Below are positions 15,705 through 25,900 of a stretch of DNA of 39,241 bases, one piece after another. A program made the position numbers and the translations under genes. Every line of letters starts with the position of its first letter. Within the stretch, counting starts at the first letter, position 1. This stretch comes from a virus (taxonomy: Duplodnaviria; Heunggongvirae; Uroviricota; Caudoviricetes). The stretch is from positions 1 to 39,241 of the IMG/VR virus record IMGVR_UViG_3300015262_000003; one strand, 5' to 3'. Under the pieces are notes generated by a model. That model did no database searches and was not told the DNA's origin. It saw only the letters and a program-made list of their open reading frames with translations.

Positions 15705-16085
15705 ATGGCTAAATCGTTTAAGATTCAAACTAACCCAACATTCAAAGCAGTGGTTAAAGTTCCACGTGTTGGTGCTGACCCGCTCGACATCACATTCACA
15801 TTCAAAGTGAAAGACCGTAAAGAACTGGCTAAGATGTTTGGTGAATGGAAAGCTGCCCACCAAGAACTCGTTAAAGATTCCGAAGATTATTCGTTGGAAG
15901 ATTGGGCTGAGAAAGAAATTGAAATGCAAGTTAAGCAGTTGAAAGACATTGTTGTTGGTTGGGGTTTTGATGATGAATTCAATGATGAAAATATCGAAGC
16001 TTTGGTAAGTTCTGTTATTTCTGTTACTGATGAAATTCAATTGACATATAACGAAGCTTATTCTCGGGCTCGCTCGGGAAACTAA
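15705..16085 (+). CDS. Tail assembly chaperone (lambda gpG analogue)
   Basis: NPTFKAVVKVPRVG and IVVGWGFDDEFNDENI motifs. Ends in GGGAAAC-TAA. Confidence 0.85.
   Translation: MAKSFKIQTNPTFKAVVKVPRVGADPLDITFTFKVKDRKELAKMFGEWKAAHQELVKDSEDYSLEDWAEKEIEMQVKQLKDIVVGWGFDDEFNDENIEALVSSVISVTDEIQLTYNEAYSRARSGN
16076..16082 (+). promoter_or_regulatory. -1 programmed ribosomal frameshift heptamer G GGA AAC
   Basis: An X XXY YYZ heptamer just before the stop. The -1 frame (CTA ATA ACC GCT GCA CAC GCC ATG) runs into ORF 16103..16414. Confidence 0.85.
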
Positions 16086-16102
16086 TAACCGCTGCACACG
16101 CC

Positions 16103-16414
16103 ATGTATGAACGGGAAGCAAATGCTCATCAAGCAGGATTGTTTGGTTTAAAGCTTGATGAGATTCCACCAGAGATTATTGAAGTTTGGGATATTAACTG
16201 GCCAGTATTTAGTATATTTCATTCAATGTCTACGCAATGGCGTGTGGGTATGGGCGGAGCTACAGGATTGGATTATTCAGCAATACCAGTAGTAGCTAAG
16301 ATGCTGGGTTTCAAAAAGAAAGACATACAAGACATGTTCCCCGACATTCAAGTGATGGAGAACGAAGCACTCATCACTATGGGAGAAAATAAAGAAGATG
16401 CCAACGATAGCTGA
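16103..16414 (+). CDS. Second tail chaperone ORF (gpT analogue, DUF1799-like), C-terminal part of the G-T fusion
   Basis: WDINWPVF..F..MSTQWRVGMGGATGLDY motif. In frame with the -1 shift at 16076-16082. Confidence 0.85.
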   Translation: MYEREANAHQAGLFGLKLDEIPPEIIEVWDINWPVFSIFHSMSTQWRVGMGGATGLDYSAIPVVAKMLGFKKKDIQDMFPDIQVMENEALITMGENKEDANDS

Positions 16415-19400
16415 GTTACAGATTAATGTGGACAGTTCTCCAACAGAGAGGGCTACCAAAGCATTAGTTGATTTTGCAAATGCTGCTGATAAAGCGGCAA
16501 CCGCTGGTAAGAACAAACGTGTATCTGATGAAGGTGCTTCGTCTGCTTCCAGTAAGAGTGCAAAAGCTGAACAAGACCTAAGTACCGTAATTGATATCCA
16601 AGCTAAGAAACTCGCTAACCTTGCTGAACAACGCAAGAAGCTTGAAAGTTCTGGTTTGAAGAGTAATGCACCAGAAGAGTATAAGCGTCTAAATAGTGTG
16701 ATTGATGCAAACATTGCCCTCGTAACTCGACAAGGTACTGCTGTTGATACACTCAATGCTAAACAATCTGGTGATGCAACACGCCGTCAAGCTCTAGTTG
16801 ATGCTGAGATTAAAGCTCAGGAACGACTTGTTAAACAATCTGAGAATCAAGCCAAAGCTGTATCTTCAGCAGCAGCTCAACAGAATGCGCAAGTTGAAGC
16901 CACTATTGCTGGATTAGATCGACAAGTTGCAGCTCAGCTTAAATATAACCAGACAATTGAGACACTGAATAAAGCTAGAGCTACAGGTGGTATGAGTGGT
17001 GGTAGCGGAGGTATGTCAAGTGCTGAGTATGATACTTGGGTTAAACTTGCTGCTGCTCGCCGTGACGCTGCCTTAGCGCTTGAGGATAACTCTAAAGCTA
17101 ACGCTTCTGCTCAAGCAAAACTCACTAACATGGAAGCAACTCTTGGTAAGATCGAGCGTGCTGAAGTTGGTTACGCTAAAGCTGTGAGTATTCTTGATGA
17201 CAACTTGAAACGTAGTCTTATTACAACTGAACAGTATGATGTAAAGCTTGCTGCTTTTGCTGATAAGCGTGATAGGTCAATTAAAGCTGCTAACGATAAC
17301 TCTGCTGCTGAAGCACGTTTTGCTTCTCAATTGAAGAGTGTTGTTGGTGCATATGATCCTGTCCAACGTGCTCAAGATCAATATAACTCTTCTGTGGTTA
17401 TTTTGTCCAAAGGTTTACAAGAAGGTAAGATTAGTCAAGAAGCTTATAACAAAGCTCTGATTGAACAAAAGGCTGCACTTGATGGTGTTAAGGATGCATC
17501 AAAAGGAAATGCTAACCTTTCCAGTCAATATGAAGATGCTCTTGGTAAATTGGTTCCTTATCGTACAGAACTTAAGAACCTTGAACAACAAGAGAAAGTT
17601 CTTCAAGCTCAGAAAGCGGCTGGTAAAGTTCAAACTGCCCAACAAATTGCTGACTACGATCAAGCAACAGCTGCAATCAATCGACAACGTATGGAATATG
17701 AGAAGCGTATTAAAGCCGGTAATGCTGCTGGTATTACATTCAAACAAGAGCAAGCAGCTATGCGCGGGCTACCTGCTCAGTTCACAGACATCGTAGTTTC
17801 CCTGCAAGGTGGACAGGCACCTTTGACTGTTTTGCTTCAACAAGGTGGACAGATCAAGGATATGTTTGGTGGTATTGTTCCAGCGTTAGGTGCAGTTGGT
17901 CGTGGTCTTCTCATGATTCTAAATCCCGCTACATTGGCTGCTGCTGCTATTGCTTTGATTGGATATGAAGCATATCAAGGTAGTCAAGAAATGGTTGAGT
18001 TTAACAAAGCCATGATTGCTAGTGGTGGATATGCTGGTGTATCAGCAAGTCAGTATACAGAGTTCCGTAATCAGATTGACAATGTAGTTGGTACTGCTGC
18101 TCAAGCGTCTGCTGCTTTAACAGCACTTGAAAAGAGCGGTAAGATTACAGGTGATATGTTTGTTCAAATTGGTATCGCTGCAATCAATATGCAGAAAGCA
18201 ACTGGTCAAGCTATCCAACAAACAGTTGATGACTTTGCTTCACTTGGTAAAGATCCGGTTCAGGCTGTAATTACTCTTGATGACAAATATAAATTCCTAA
18301 CTGCCTCAGTCCTGTCTCAAATTGATGCACTTCAACGACAAGGTGATATTCAAGGTGCTGTAACATTAGCTCAACATGAAATGGCAGATGCTACTGAAAA
18401 GATGGCTGCTAAGATGGTTGACAATCTTGGTTTTGCTGAGCGCGCATGGAATGGATTCAAGAATGTTGTTGGTGAAGTTGGTAGTGCAATCGCCGGTATC
18501 GGTAGAGATACCACACTTGCTGACAGAATGGCACAAGTTATTGAGAATGAAACTTCGTGGCGTAGTCAGCTGAGTCAAAAAGGAATCTTTGAGTCAAAAG
18601 AAGATGCACAGAAACGTGTTGACAATGACCCTCAGTTGAAACTATATGCTGAACGTAAGAAACAACTTCAGATATTGATAGACTTTGAGAAGTTTGGTGC
18701 GCAACAAACAGCAGAAGCAGAACGCAGTCGTCAAAGTGCTGTAAGTGCTCAAGCTAGGCAGAATGCTGGTGCTAAGTCTGCGCAATCACCAGTTGAAAAA
18801 GCTCGTGAAGAGTTGGATATTGCTCAACGTGATCAAAAGTTAATTATCAGCGAAGCTGCTAAGAAAGGTGAAGAACTTACAGCGACTCAGTTAAGTAACT
18901 ACACCAAATATAAAGCTGACCTTGATCGCAAGTTAAAAGATGCTTTAGATGCTGAAGCTAAGAAAGGTAAAACTCCAACCGCTCCGGCTCAAACTCAAGA
19001 ACTTCAAGAAGTTAAGAGTAACTTGGATTTAATACTTGCTGAATATGGTGGTTACTATAAAAAAGTAACAGCTTTAGGTGATGCCAACCTTGTTTCTAAA
19101 GCTGCTACATTTGCCTCTCAAAAGGCAATCCTTGAAGCTGAATCTAAAGCTGTTTCAAGTTCTTATGATGAACAGATTGAAGCAATCAAGAAACTTCAAG
19201 GTGTCAAGTCTAATAGTGCCTCGACAAATGTATCTTTGGATAACCAACTTACTAAAGCTCAAGCTGCGAAGCTTAAGGCTGAAGAAGAGTATTCAAGTAA
19301 ACAAGAAGTGTTGGCTTCAAAAGAGAAAGGTTTCTATGATTCTCGTACAGCCAGTATTGAAGCTTACAATGATGCACTACGTCAGCAAGTAGAGAACACT

Positions 19401-20405
19401 AAGATTTCTGGTGAACGTGCTGTCGCTGCCGTTGGTCAAGGTGATCGCCAAGGTAAGTTGAATGATGATTTAGCTCAAGCTGATCGTGACTACGCTAAAG
19501 AACAGTTGAAGTTGTCGAAACAGAAGTTGACTATGGACCCTGAAGAGTTTGCTGCTAACATGGTAAACCTCAAAGCCGCTCATACAGACATGACTGACCA
19601 GATCATTAAGAATGATGCTGATATTCAAGCAGCTAATGGTGATTGGACTAATGGTTTGACTAAGGCATTGCAAAATGCTGCTGATGAAGGTGCAAACTTT
19701 GCTTCTTCTGTAAACTCAGCTGTATCAGGTGCCTTTGATAGTATGGGTGAAGCAATGGGGACATTTGCCACAACTGGTAAACTCAACTTCAGATCATTGA
19801 CTGTTAGTATTCTTTCTGACATGGCTAAGATCGCTGCTCGCCAAGCAACAAGTGGTGCATTGAGTAGCTTGTTTGGTATGGCTATGACTGCATATGGTGC
19901 GTACAGTGGTGCAGGCGCTAATGGATTGGCAGCTGGTAGTGCTGGTGCTGTATCTTCAGCAGCTGGTGCAACTCAAGCTGGTTATTCTAACTTGGGAAGC
20001 TGGCAAGCTAAAGGTGGTGGTTGGACTGGTGGTACACAGTTCTTCGCACAAGGTGGTGCATTCACTAATAGTGTTGTGTCTAGCCCTACATCTTTCGGTA
20101 TGTCTGGTGGTCAACGTGGTGTTATGGGTGAAGCTGGTCCTGAAGCTATTGTTCCATTGGCTCGTTCTTCGGATGGCAGCTTAGGTGTTCGTATGATGGG
20201 TGGTCAATCCAGCGGCACAGGTGGTGGCGTTCAAGTCTTTGTGAACATTGATGGTAATGGTAACGCTAGCTCTAGTTCTGATGAACCTGCTATGAATCAA
20301 TTCGGTAGCGAACTCGGCGCGTTTGTAGAAGCCAAGTACCGTGCACTTCAAGCAAGGGATTTAAAAGACGGTGGTTCTTTGAATACCGCTATTAAAAACA
20401 AGTAA
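16398..20405 (+). CDS. Tail tape measure protein
   Basis: 1335 aa, Ala/Gln-rich and helical. Contains the lambda gpH-like GQAPLTVLLQQGGQIKDMFGG and a C-terminal AQGGAF...GEAGPEAIVPL. Confidence 0.95.
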   Translation: MPTIAELQINVDSSPTERATKALVDFANAADKAATAGKNKRVSDEGASSASSKSAKAEQDLSTVIDIQAKKLANLAEQRKKLESSGLKSNAPEEYKRLNSVIDANIALVTRQGTAVDTLNAKQSGDATRRQALVDAEIKAQERLVKQSENQAKAVSSAAAQQNAQVEATIAGLDRQVAAQLKYNQTIETLNKARATGGMSGGSGGMSSAEYDTWVKLAAARRDAALALEDNSKANASAQAKLTNMEATLGKIERAEVGYAKAVSILDDNLKRSLITTEQYDVKLAAFADKRDRSIKAANDNSAAEARFASQLKSVVGAYDPVQRAQDQYNSSVVILSKGLQEGKISQEAYNKALIEQKAALDGVKDASKGNANLSSQYEDALGKLVPYRTELKNLEQQEKVLQAQKAAGKVQTAQQIADYDQATAAINRQRMEYEKRIKAGNAAGITFKQEQAAMRGLPAQFTDIVVSLQGGQAPLTVLLQQGGQIKDMFGGIVPALGAVGRGLLMILNPATLAAAAIALIGYEAYQGSQEMVEFNKAMIASGGYAGVSASQYTEFRNQIDNVVGTAAQASAALTALEKSGKITGDMFVQIGIAAINMQKATGQAIQQTVDDFASLGKDPVQAVITLDDKYKFLTASVLSQIDALQRQGDIQGAVTLAQHEMADATEKMAAKMVDNLGFAERAWNGFKNVVGEVGSAIAGIGRDTTLADRMAQVIENETSWRSQLSQKGIFESKEDAQKRVDNDPQLKLYAERKKQLQILIDFEKFGAQQTAEAERSRQSAVSAQARQNAGAKSAQSPVEKAREELDIAQRDQKLIISEAAKKGEELTATQLSNYTKYKADLDRKLKDALDAEAKKGKTPTAPAQTQELQEVKSNLDLILAEYGGYYKKVTALGDANLVSKAATFASQKAILEAESKAVSSSYDEQIEAIKKLQGVKSNSASTNVSLDNQLTKAQAAKLKAEEEYSSKQEVLASKEKGFYDSRTASIEAYNDALRQQVENTKISGERAVAAVGQGDRQGKLNDDLAQADRDYAKEQLKLSKQKLTMDPEEFAANMVNLKAAHTDMTDQIIKNDADIQAANGDWTNGLTKALQNAADEGANFASSVNSAVSGAFDSMGEAMGTFATTGKLNFRSLTVSILSDMAKIAARQATSGALSSLFGMAMTAYGAYSGAGANGLAAGSAGAVSSAAGATQAGYSNLGSWQAKGGGWTGGTQFFAQGGAFTNSVVSSPTSFGMSGGQRGVMGEAGPEAIVPLARSSDGSLGVRMMGGQSSGTGGGVQVFVNIDGNGNASSSSDEPAMNQFGSELGAFVEAKYRALQARDLKDGGSLNTAIKNK

Positions 20406-20409
20406 CCCA

Positions 20410-20439
20410 TTGACAAAAACTATAATAGTGTAGTAAAAT
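20410..20439 (+). promoter_or_regulatory. sigma70-type promoter upstream of the tail-tip genes
   Basis: TTGACA (20410-20415), 18-nt spacer, TAAAAT (20434-20439). Confidence 0.5.
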
Positions 20440-20450
20440 TTGTAAACATT

Positions 20451-20475
20451 AAGGGACTTCTTAGTCCCTTTTCTT
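20451..20475 (+). terminator. Terminator-like hairpin after the tape measure gene
   Basis: AAGGGACT-TCTT-AGTCCCTT followed by TTCTT. Confidence 0.6.
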
Positions 20476-20496
20476 ATTTCTGGAGATTGATAAATA

Positions 20497-20841
20497 ATGG
20501 TTAAGACATTTGGTTGGAAAGTTGAACGTGGACCATCACCGTCGATTAATTATCGAACTGTCGTTTCACAGTTTGGTGATGGGTACAAACAGGTGAGTAC
20601 AGATGGTATCAACACCAAGGAAGAATCTTACACAATCACAGTTCATGCTTATAAAGAATTAGCTAAAACCATTATGGCTTTCTTTGATGAACATAATGGC
20701 AGCAAAAGTTTCTACTGGACACCACCACTTGGACCACTTGGTTTGTACACTTGTGCTGATGCTGCCCCAATGGATAAAGGTGGTGGTTTGTATACCATTA
20801 CGGGAACATTCGTGAAGACATTTGCAAGCTTGGGGGTATAA
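20497..20841 (+). CDS. Distal tail protein (lambda gpM-like)
   Basis: QFGDGYKQ...GIN and FFDEHNGSKSFYWTPP motifs. Confidence 0.9.
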   Translation: MVKTFGWKVERGPSPSINYRTVVSQFGDGYKQVSTDGINTKEESYTITVHAYKELAKTIMAFFDEHNGSKSFYWTPPLGPLGLYTCADAAPMDKGGGLYTITGTFVKTFASLGV

Positions 20842-21582
20842 ATGGCAACGACTGATATTTTACAAACAATTCAAGAGCTAGAGCCGGGTGGTAAAGTCAA
20901 ACTGATTGAGGTTGATTGCACAGAGTTTTTCGGTGATATCCTACGATTCCATAATTATAATGTACCATATACTGAAGCTGAATTGATTGCACTTCGTAAC
21001 GCTGGTGTTAATGAAATTCCAACCAAGAGTATCTTCTTTGGTGGTATTGAATATAAATGTTGGCCTTATCAATTGGATGGTATTGAACTTGACGGTTCAG
21101 GTAGTAGCCCAACACCAACATTGCAAGTAAGTAACATTGATGGATCAACATCCAGATTGTGCCTTGAATTGCAAAACCTATTTGGTGCCGTTGTCACAGA
21201 ACGTACAACATTTCGTCAATATCTTGATGACGGTGTTGATGCTGATCCAACTATGGAATTTACACAAGTTTGGTATATTTGCCGAAAGAGTGGTGAGAAT
21301 CCAAAGTCAGTAACGTTTGAATTGTCTAGTCCTGCTGATTTAACTGGTCAAAAGTTACCACGTCGTCAGATTCACTCAATGTGTCATTGGGCATTGAACA
21401 ATGGTTATCGTGGTCCTGACTGTGGATATACAGGCACTAATTACTTTACAGACAAAGGTGTTCCTACTTCAAACCCTGCTTTAGATAGTTGTGGTGGTTT
21501 GTGTTCTGATTGCAAGTTGCGATTTGGTGCAGAAGCTGAACTTCCTTTTGGTGGATTTATTGCAAGCAGCTTAATTAGCTAA
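20842..21582 (+). CDS. Minor tail protein (lambda gpL-like)
   Basis: C-terminal Fe-S-type Cys set (C.W...YRGPDCGY...DSCGG..SDCKLRF...LPFGGF). Confidence 0.92.
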   Translation: MATTDILQTIQELEPGGKVKLIEVDCTEFFGDILRFHNYNVPYTEAELIALRNAGVNEIPTKSIFFGGIEYKCWPYQLDGIELDGSGSSPTPTLQVSNIDGSTSRLCLELQNLFGAVVTERTTFRQYLDDGVDADPTMEFTQVWYICRKSGENPKSVTFELSSPADLTGQKLPRRQIHSMCHWALNNGYRGPDCGYTGTNYFTDKGVPTSNPALDSCGGLCSDCKLRFGAEAELPFGGFIASSLIS

Positions 21583-21593
21583 GGAGATTGAGA

Positions 21594-22394
21594 GTGGTGA
21601 GAATTCCAAAACAACTTAAAACTAAAACAATTGACGCCATTCTCAAACATGCCGAAGATGATTATCCAAATGAAGCGTGTGGTGTTGTTGTGTTAAATGG
21701 TAAGAAAGAGTTGTACGTCAGATGTTTGAACATTGCCAAAGATCCAACTCAAGACTTTAAGATGTGTCCTGAATCATTCATGGATGCTGAAGAAAAAGGT
21801 GATGTTATCGGTATTGTTCATAGTCATCCAGATGGAACATCTAAACCAAGCTTACATGACCTTGCAGTTATGAGCGTAAACCGAGAGATAGAGCTAGAAA
21901 TCAACCCTGAAAGCGACGTTATCCCTTGGCACATAGTATCATGGCCTGAAGGTGATTATCGTCAAATTACCCCTCAAATTCACGAAGGATTATTGGGTAG
22001 ACAGTTTGTACACGGTGTTTGGGATTGTTGGCAAACATGCTCTGATTACTACAGCAAGTATCATGGTATCAAGTTTGATAGATTTGAACGTGAAGACTTG
22101 TGGTGGGAGAATAAAGATGGACCTTCGTTGTATGAAGATTTTTATGAAGGTGCTGGTTTCTACAAAGTTGATACACCACAAGCTGGTGACATGATTGTAA
22201 TGCAAATCGGCAGAAGTTTTCACCCTAATCATGCTGGTATTTATCTTGGTATCACTGACAACTTTGAAGGTCAAGGGTTGCATGGTGGCCCATTCATGTT
22301 ACATCACATGTACGATAAGAAAAGCGAAATCATTGTGTACGGGGGTCAATGGTCGCAACGAACTAGAATGATCCTCAGACATAAGGAGATATAA
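21594..22394 (+). CDS. Tail tip assembly protein (lambda gpK-like, JAB plus NlpC/P60)
   Basis: PNEACG and HSHPD..PS..D JAB motif, GVWDCW and PNHAGIY NlpC motif. GTG 21594 fits the RBS spacing better than TTG 21588. Confidence 0.92.
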   Translation: MVRIPKQLKTKTIDAILKHAEDDYPNEACGVVVLNGKKELYVRCLNIAKDPTQDFKMCPESFMDAEEKGDVIGIVHSHPDGTSKPSLHDLAVMSVNREIELEINPESDVIPWHIVSWPEGDYRQITPQIHEGLLGRQFVHGVWDCWQTCSDYYSKYHGIKFDRFEREDLWWENKDGPSLYEDFYEGAGFYKVDTPQAGDMIVMQIGRSFHPNHAGIYLGITDNFEGQGLHGGPFMLHHMYDKKSEIIVYGGQWSQRTRMILRHKEI

Positions 22395-22955
22395 ATGAAA
22401 GAACGTATGATTGAAATTAAACTTGGTGGTTATCTAAAGCAGTTTGGAAGAAGTCATAAGTTTATGGTGTCAAGTGCAAGAGAAGCAATCAAAGCTCTTT
22501 GTAAACAGATTAAAGGTTTTGAGAATGCAATGAATACCGCCCATCATAAAGGGTTTAGATTTGCTGTTTTTAACGGTAAACATAACATCAAAAACGCTGA
22601 AGAGTTGATGTTGGGTACAAAGGACGTATTGAGGATTATCCCTGTTTATGAAGGTAGTAAACGCGCAGGATTGTTTCAGACAATCATTGGTGTGGTTTTG
22701 ATTGCTGCTAGTTTCTTTGGTGCACCAACTGCTCCAATGGGTATTGCCCTTCTTGTCGGTGGCGTTGCTCAAATGTTAACACCTCAAGCGACAGGATTGA
22801 AAACCAAATCAGATGCAGAAAACCAAGCATCTTATGCATTCGGTAGTCCTGTGAACACAACTGCTCAAGGTAATCCAGTTGGATTGTTATATGGTGAACG
22901 TGAAGTAGGTGGTGCAATTATTTCAGCCGGTATTATAGCGGAAGATCAAGCTTAA
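22395..22955 (+). CDS. Tail assembly protein (lambda gpI-like)
   Basis: IIPVYEGSKRAGLFQTIIG and SYAFGSPVNTTAQGNPVGLLYGER motifs. Confidence 0.92.
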   Translation: MKERMIEIKLGGYLKQFGRSHKFMVSSAREAIKALCKQIKGFENAMNTAHHKGFRFAVFNGKHNIKNAEELMLGTKDVLRIIPVYEGSKRAGLFQTIIGVVLIAASFFGAPTAPMGIALLVGGVAQMLTPQATGLKTKSDAENQASYAFGSPVNTTAQGNPVGLLYGEREVGGAIISAGIIAEDQA

Positions 22956-22965
22956 GGGGATTAAA

Positions 22966-25900
22966 TTGGAACTAATTTTAGAAGGTAGTAAGGGTGGTGA
23001 AGATAAAGCTCATACACCAGTTGAAACACCAAATAACCTCTTATCTGTAGCTTATGCTAAAGTTTTGTTGGCTGTCGCTGAAGGTGAACTTGCTGGTACT
23101 CCAACTGGTCGTGATATCTTTCTAAACGGAACACCGTTGCTGGACTCAACAGGCGCTCCAAACTTTGGTGGTGTTACATGGGAATGGCGTCCGGGTAGTG
23201 TTAATCAGTCGTATATTCAAGGTATGCCGGATGTCAGCAATGAAGTGAGTGTTGGTGTAGAGCTTAAGGATACAACACCTTGGGTTCGTGAAATCACCAA
23301 AGAGTCGCTTTCAGCTGCTCGTGTTACTCTTAATTGGCCAGCCTTGCAACAACAGCAAGCTAATGGTGATACTGTTGGTGTGACTATTGACTACGCTATT
23401 GATTTGTCAACGGATGGTGGTGCTTATCAACTATACCAACAGTATCAAGTGAGTGGTAAAACAAACACAGCTTATGAGCGAACTCATCGTGTAAACCTTC
23501 CACCAGCAACAACTGGTTGGACAATGCGTGTTCGTCGTATTACACCAAACTCAACTAGCTCTTTGGTTCAAGATACAATGAACATTAAGAGTTTCGCTGA
23601 AGTTGTGGATGCTAAACAACGCTATCCAAACACAGCGCTCTTGTTCGTACAGTTTGATTCTCGTTTGTTTGGTGGTGGATCGATCCCTAAGATTTCTGTT
23701 AAAACAAAAGGTCGCTCTGTACGTGTCCCTGCAAACTATGATCCAATCACTCGGGTGTACTCAGGTGTTTGGGATGGTGTGTTTAAATGGGCATGGACTG
23801 ATAACCCTGTTTGGATCTTCTTCGACATTGTAACACAGAATCGTTTTGGTTTAGGTAGTCGAGTTACAGTAAACCAAGTAGATAAATGGGAATTGTACGA
23901 AGTGGCTCAATACTGTGATGTTCTTGTCGATGACGGTACTGGTGCTGGAACTAAAGAACCACGTCACACATGCAACATCTACATTCAATCTCAAGAAGAT
24001 GCTTGGACTGTATTGCGTGATATCTGCTCCATCTTCAACGGTATGACTTATTGGGATGGTAACAAGTTTATTGCTCGTGCTGATAAACAAGAACCACTTG
24101 ACAACATTCCACTGTTTGGTCGCACTAACGTCATTGGTGACTTTGATTATCAAACAACAGATGAACGGACAATCTTCACATCAGCATTGGTTAGTTATGA
24201 TGAACCATCTGACCACTATGGTACTCAAGTTGAGGCTGTTTGGGAGAAGAGTCAAATCCTTCGTTGGGGTGGTGATCGTCAAACAACTATGGCAGCTGTT
24301 GGTTGTACATCTCGTGGTGAAGCTCAACGTAAAGGTAAGTATACATTAATCACCAACATGTTCAACCGTAGCGTAAACTTCAAGACAGGCTTGCAAGGAT
24401 TAGATCCTAAAGTACGTCCGGGCGCCATCATTGGTGTAGCTGATCCACTTATTGCAGGTAAAGAGTTTACTGGTCGTTTGATTGCTGCAACTAATAGGGT
24501 TATTACTCTTGACCGGGTGACTGAAGCTAAACCGGGTGACGTGATGTTTATCACTCGTAAAGACGGTAGTCAAGAAGGTCGAACTGTCCAAGCAGCTGCT
24601 GGTAAGGTCATTACGGTTACAACAAACTATAGTGAAATCGCTTTACCTAACTCCGTTTGGTATCTTGAGGCAGACGATCTTAAATCTCAACTGTTTAAGA
24701 TTACCAAATTGAAAGTCGATGGTGCCACTTGCATGATTGATGCTGTTGAATACAATGATAGTAAGTTTGCTGCAATTGACTCAGGTGCACGGCTTGAACC
24801 ACGTCCAATTAGTAAAGTACCACCACAAGCACAGAAAGCTCCAACTCCAGTAATCATCAGTTCAAGCAGCTACATTGAACAAATGCAAGCTGTAACTACA
24901 ATGACTATTTCTTGGCCTAAAACAGAGAATGCTGTTTTGTATGAAGGTCAATGGAGAGTTGGTCAAGGTGATTGGGTTACATTGGGTGTAACTGGTGCTC
25001 AACAATTTAACGTCAAAGGTATTTACACTGGTCAATATCTCGCTCGTGTTCGTGCAATCAACGCCTTAGATGTTAAGAGTGCTTGGACATTGAGTGAAGC
25101 TACTGACTTGAATGGTAAAGCAGGATCTCCACCAGCTTTGTCAACTTTCACAACAAGAAAGTTGGTATTCGGTATTGGTCTTGATTGGACATTCCCGAAC
25201 GGTGCTGAAGATACTGCACGTACTGAGATTATGTATAGTGTAACAACTAGTTTTGCTGATGCAATAAAGCTTGGTGATTATGCTTATCCTCAGAACTCAC
25301 ATGAAATGCATGGTTTGGCAGCTGGTGTTACATTCTTCTTTTGGGCTCGTATTATCGATAGAACTGGTAATATCGGACCTTGGACACCATTGTCAACAGC
25401 ACATGGTCTTATGGGTCAATCAAGTTCAGATCAAGCTGAATATGAACTGTACTTCAAACAAATGATTGGTGCTAGTGCGCTTTATGCTGAGCTGAATGAT
25501 CGGATTGATTTGATTGATGGTAATGGTACAGGTTCTGTCAATGATCGAATCAATGATGCTGTAACTGATCTTGAGGGGCAGATTGCTAACATTACAGACG
25601 CTTTGGTTTATGATCCTGCATTGCCTTACTTAGATGGTGATGTTGTTCGTCAAGGTCATAAGTTGTATCAAGCAATTCAAGATGTCCCTGTATCAACACC
25701 ACCACCAAACGTAGTGTATTGGAAAGATGTTGGTACTATCCTTGAGGAAGCAAATGCTCTAGCATCTCAAGTTGCTGTAAATACAACAAACATTGAAACC
25801 ATTGATGGTAAAGTAACAGCTACAGCAAGTCAAATCTCAGGACTGACAGCTGCAACAAGAGATGATGGTGGTGAAGGTGCATTGAATGACGCATTGAAAG

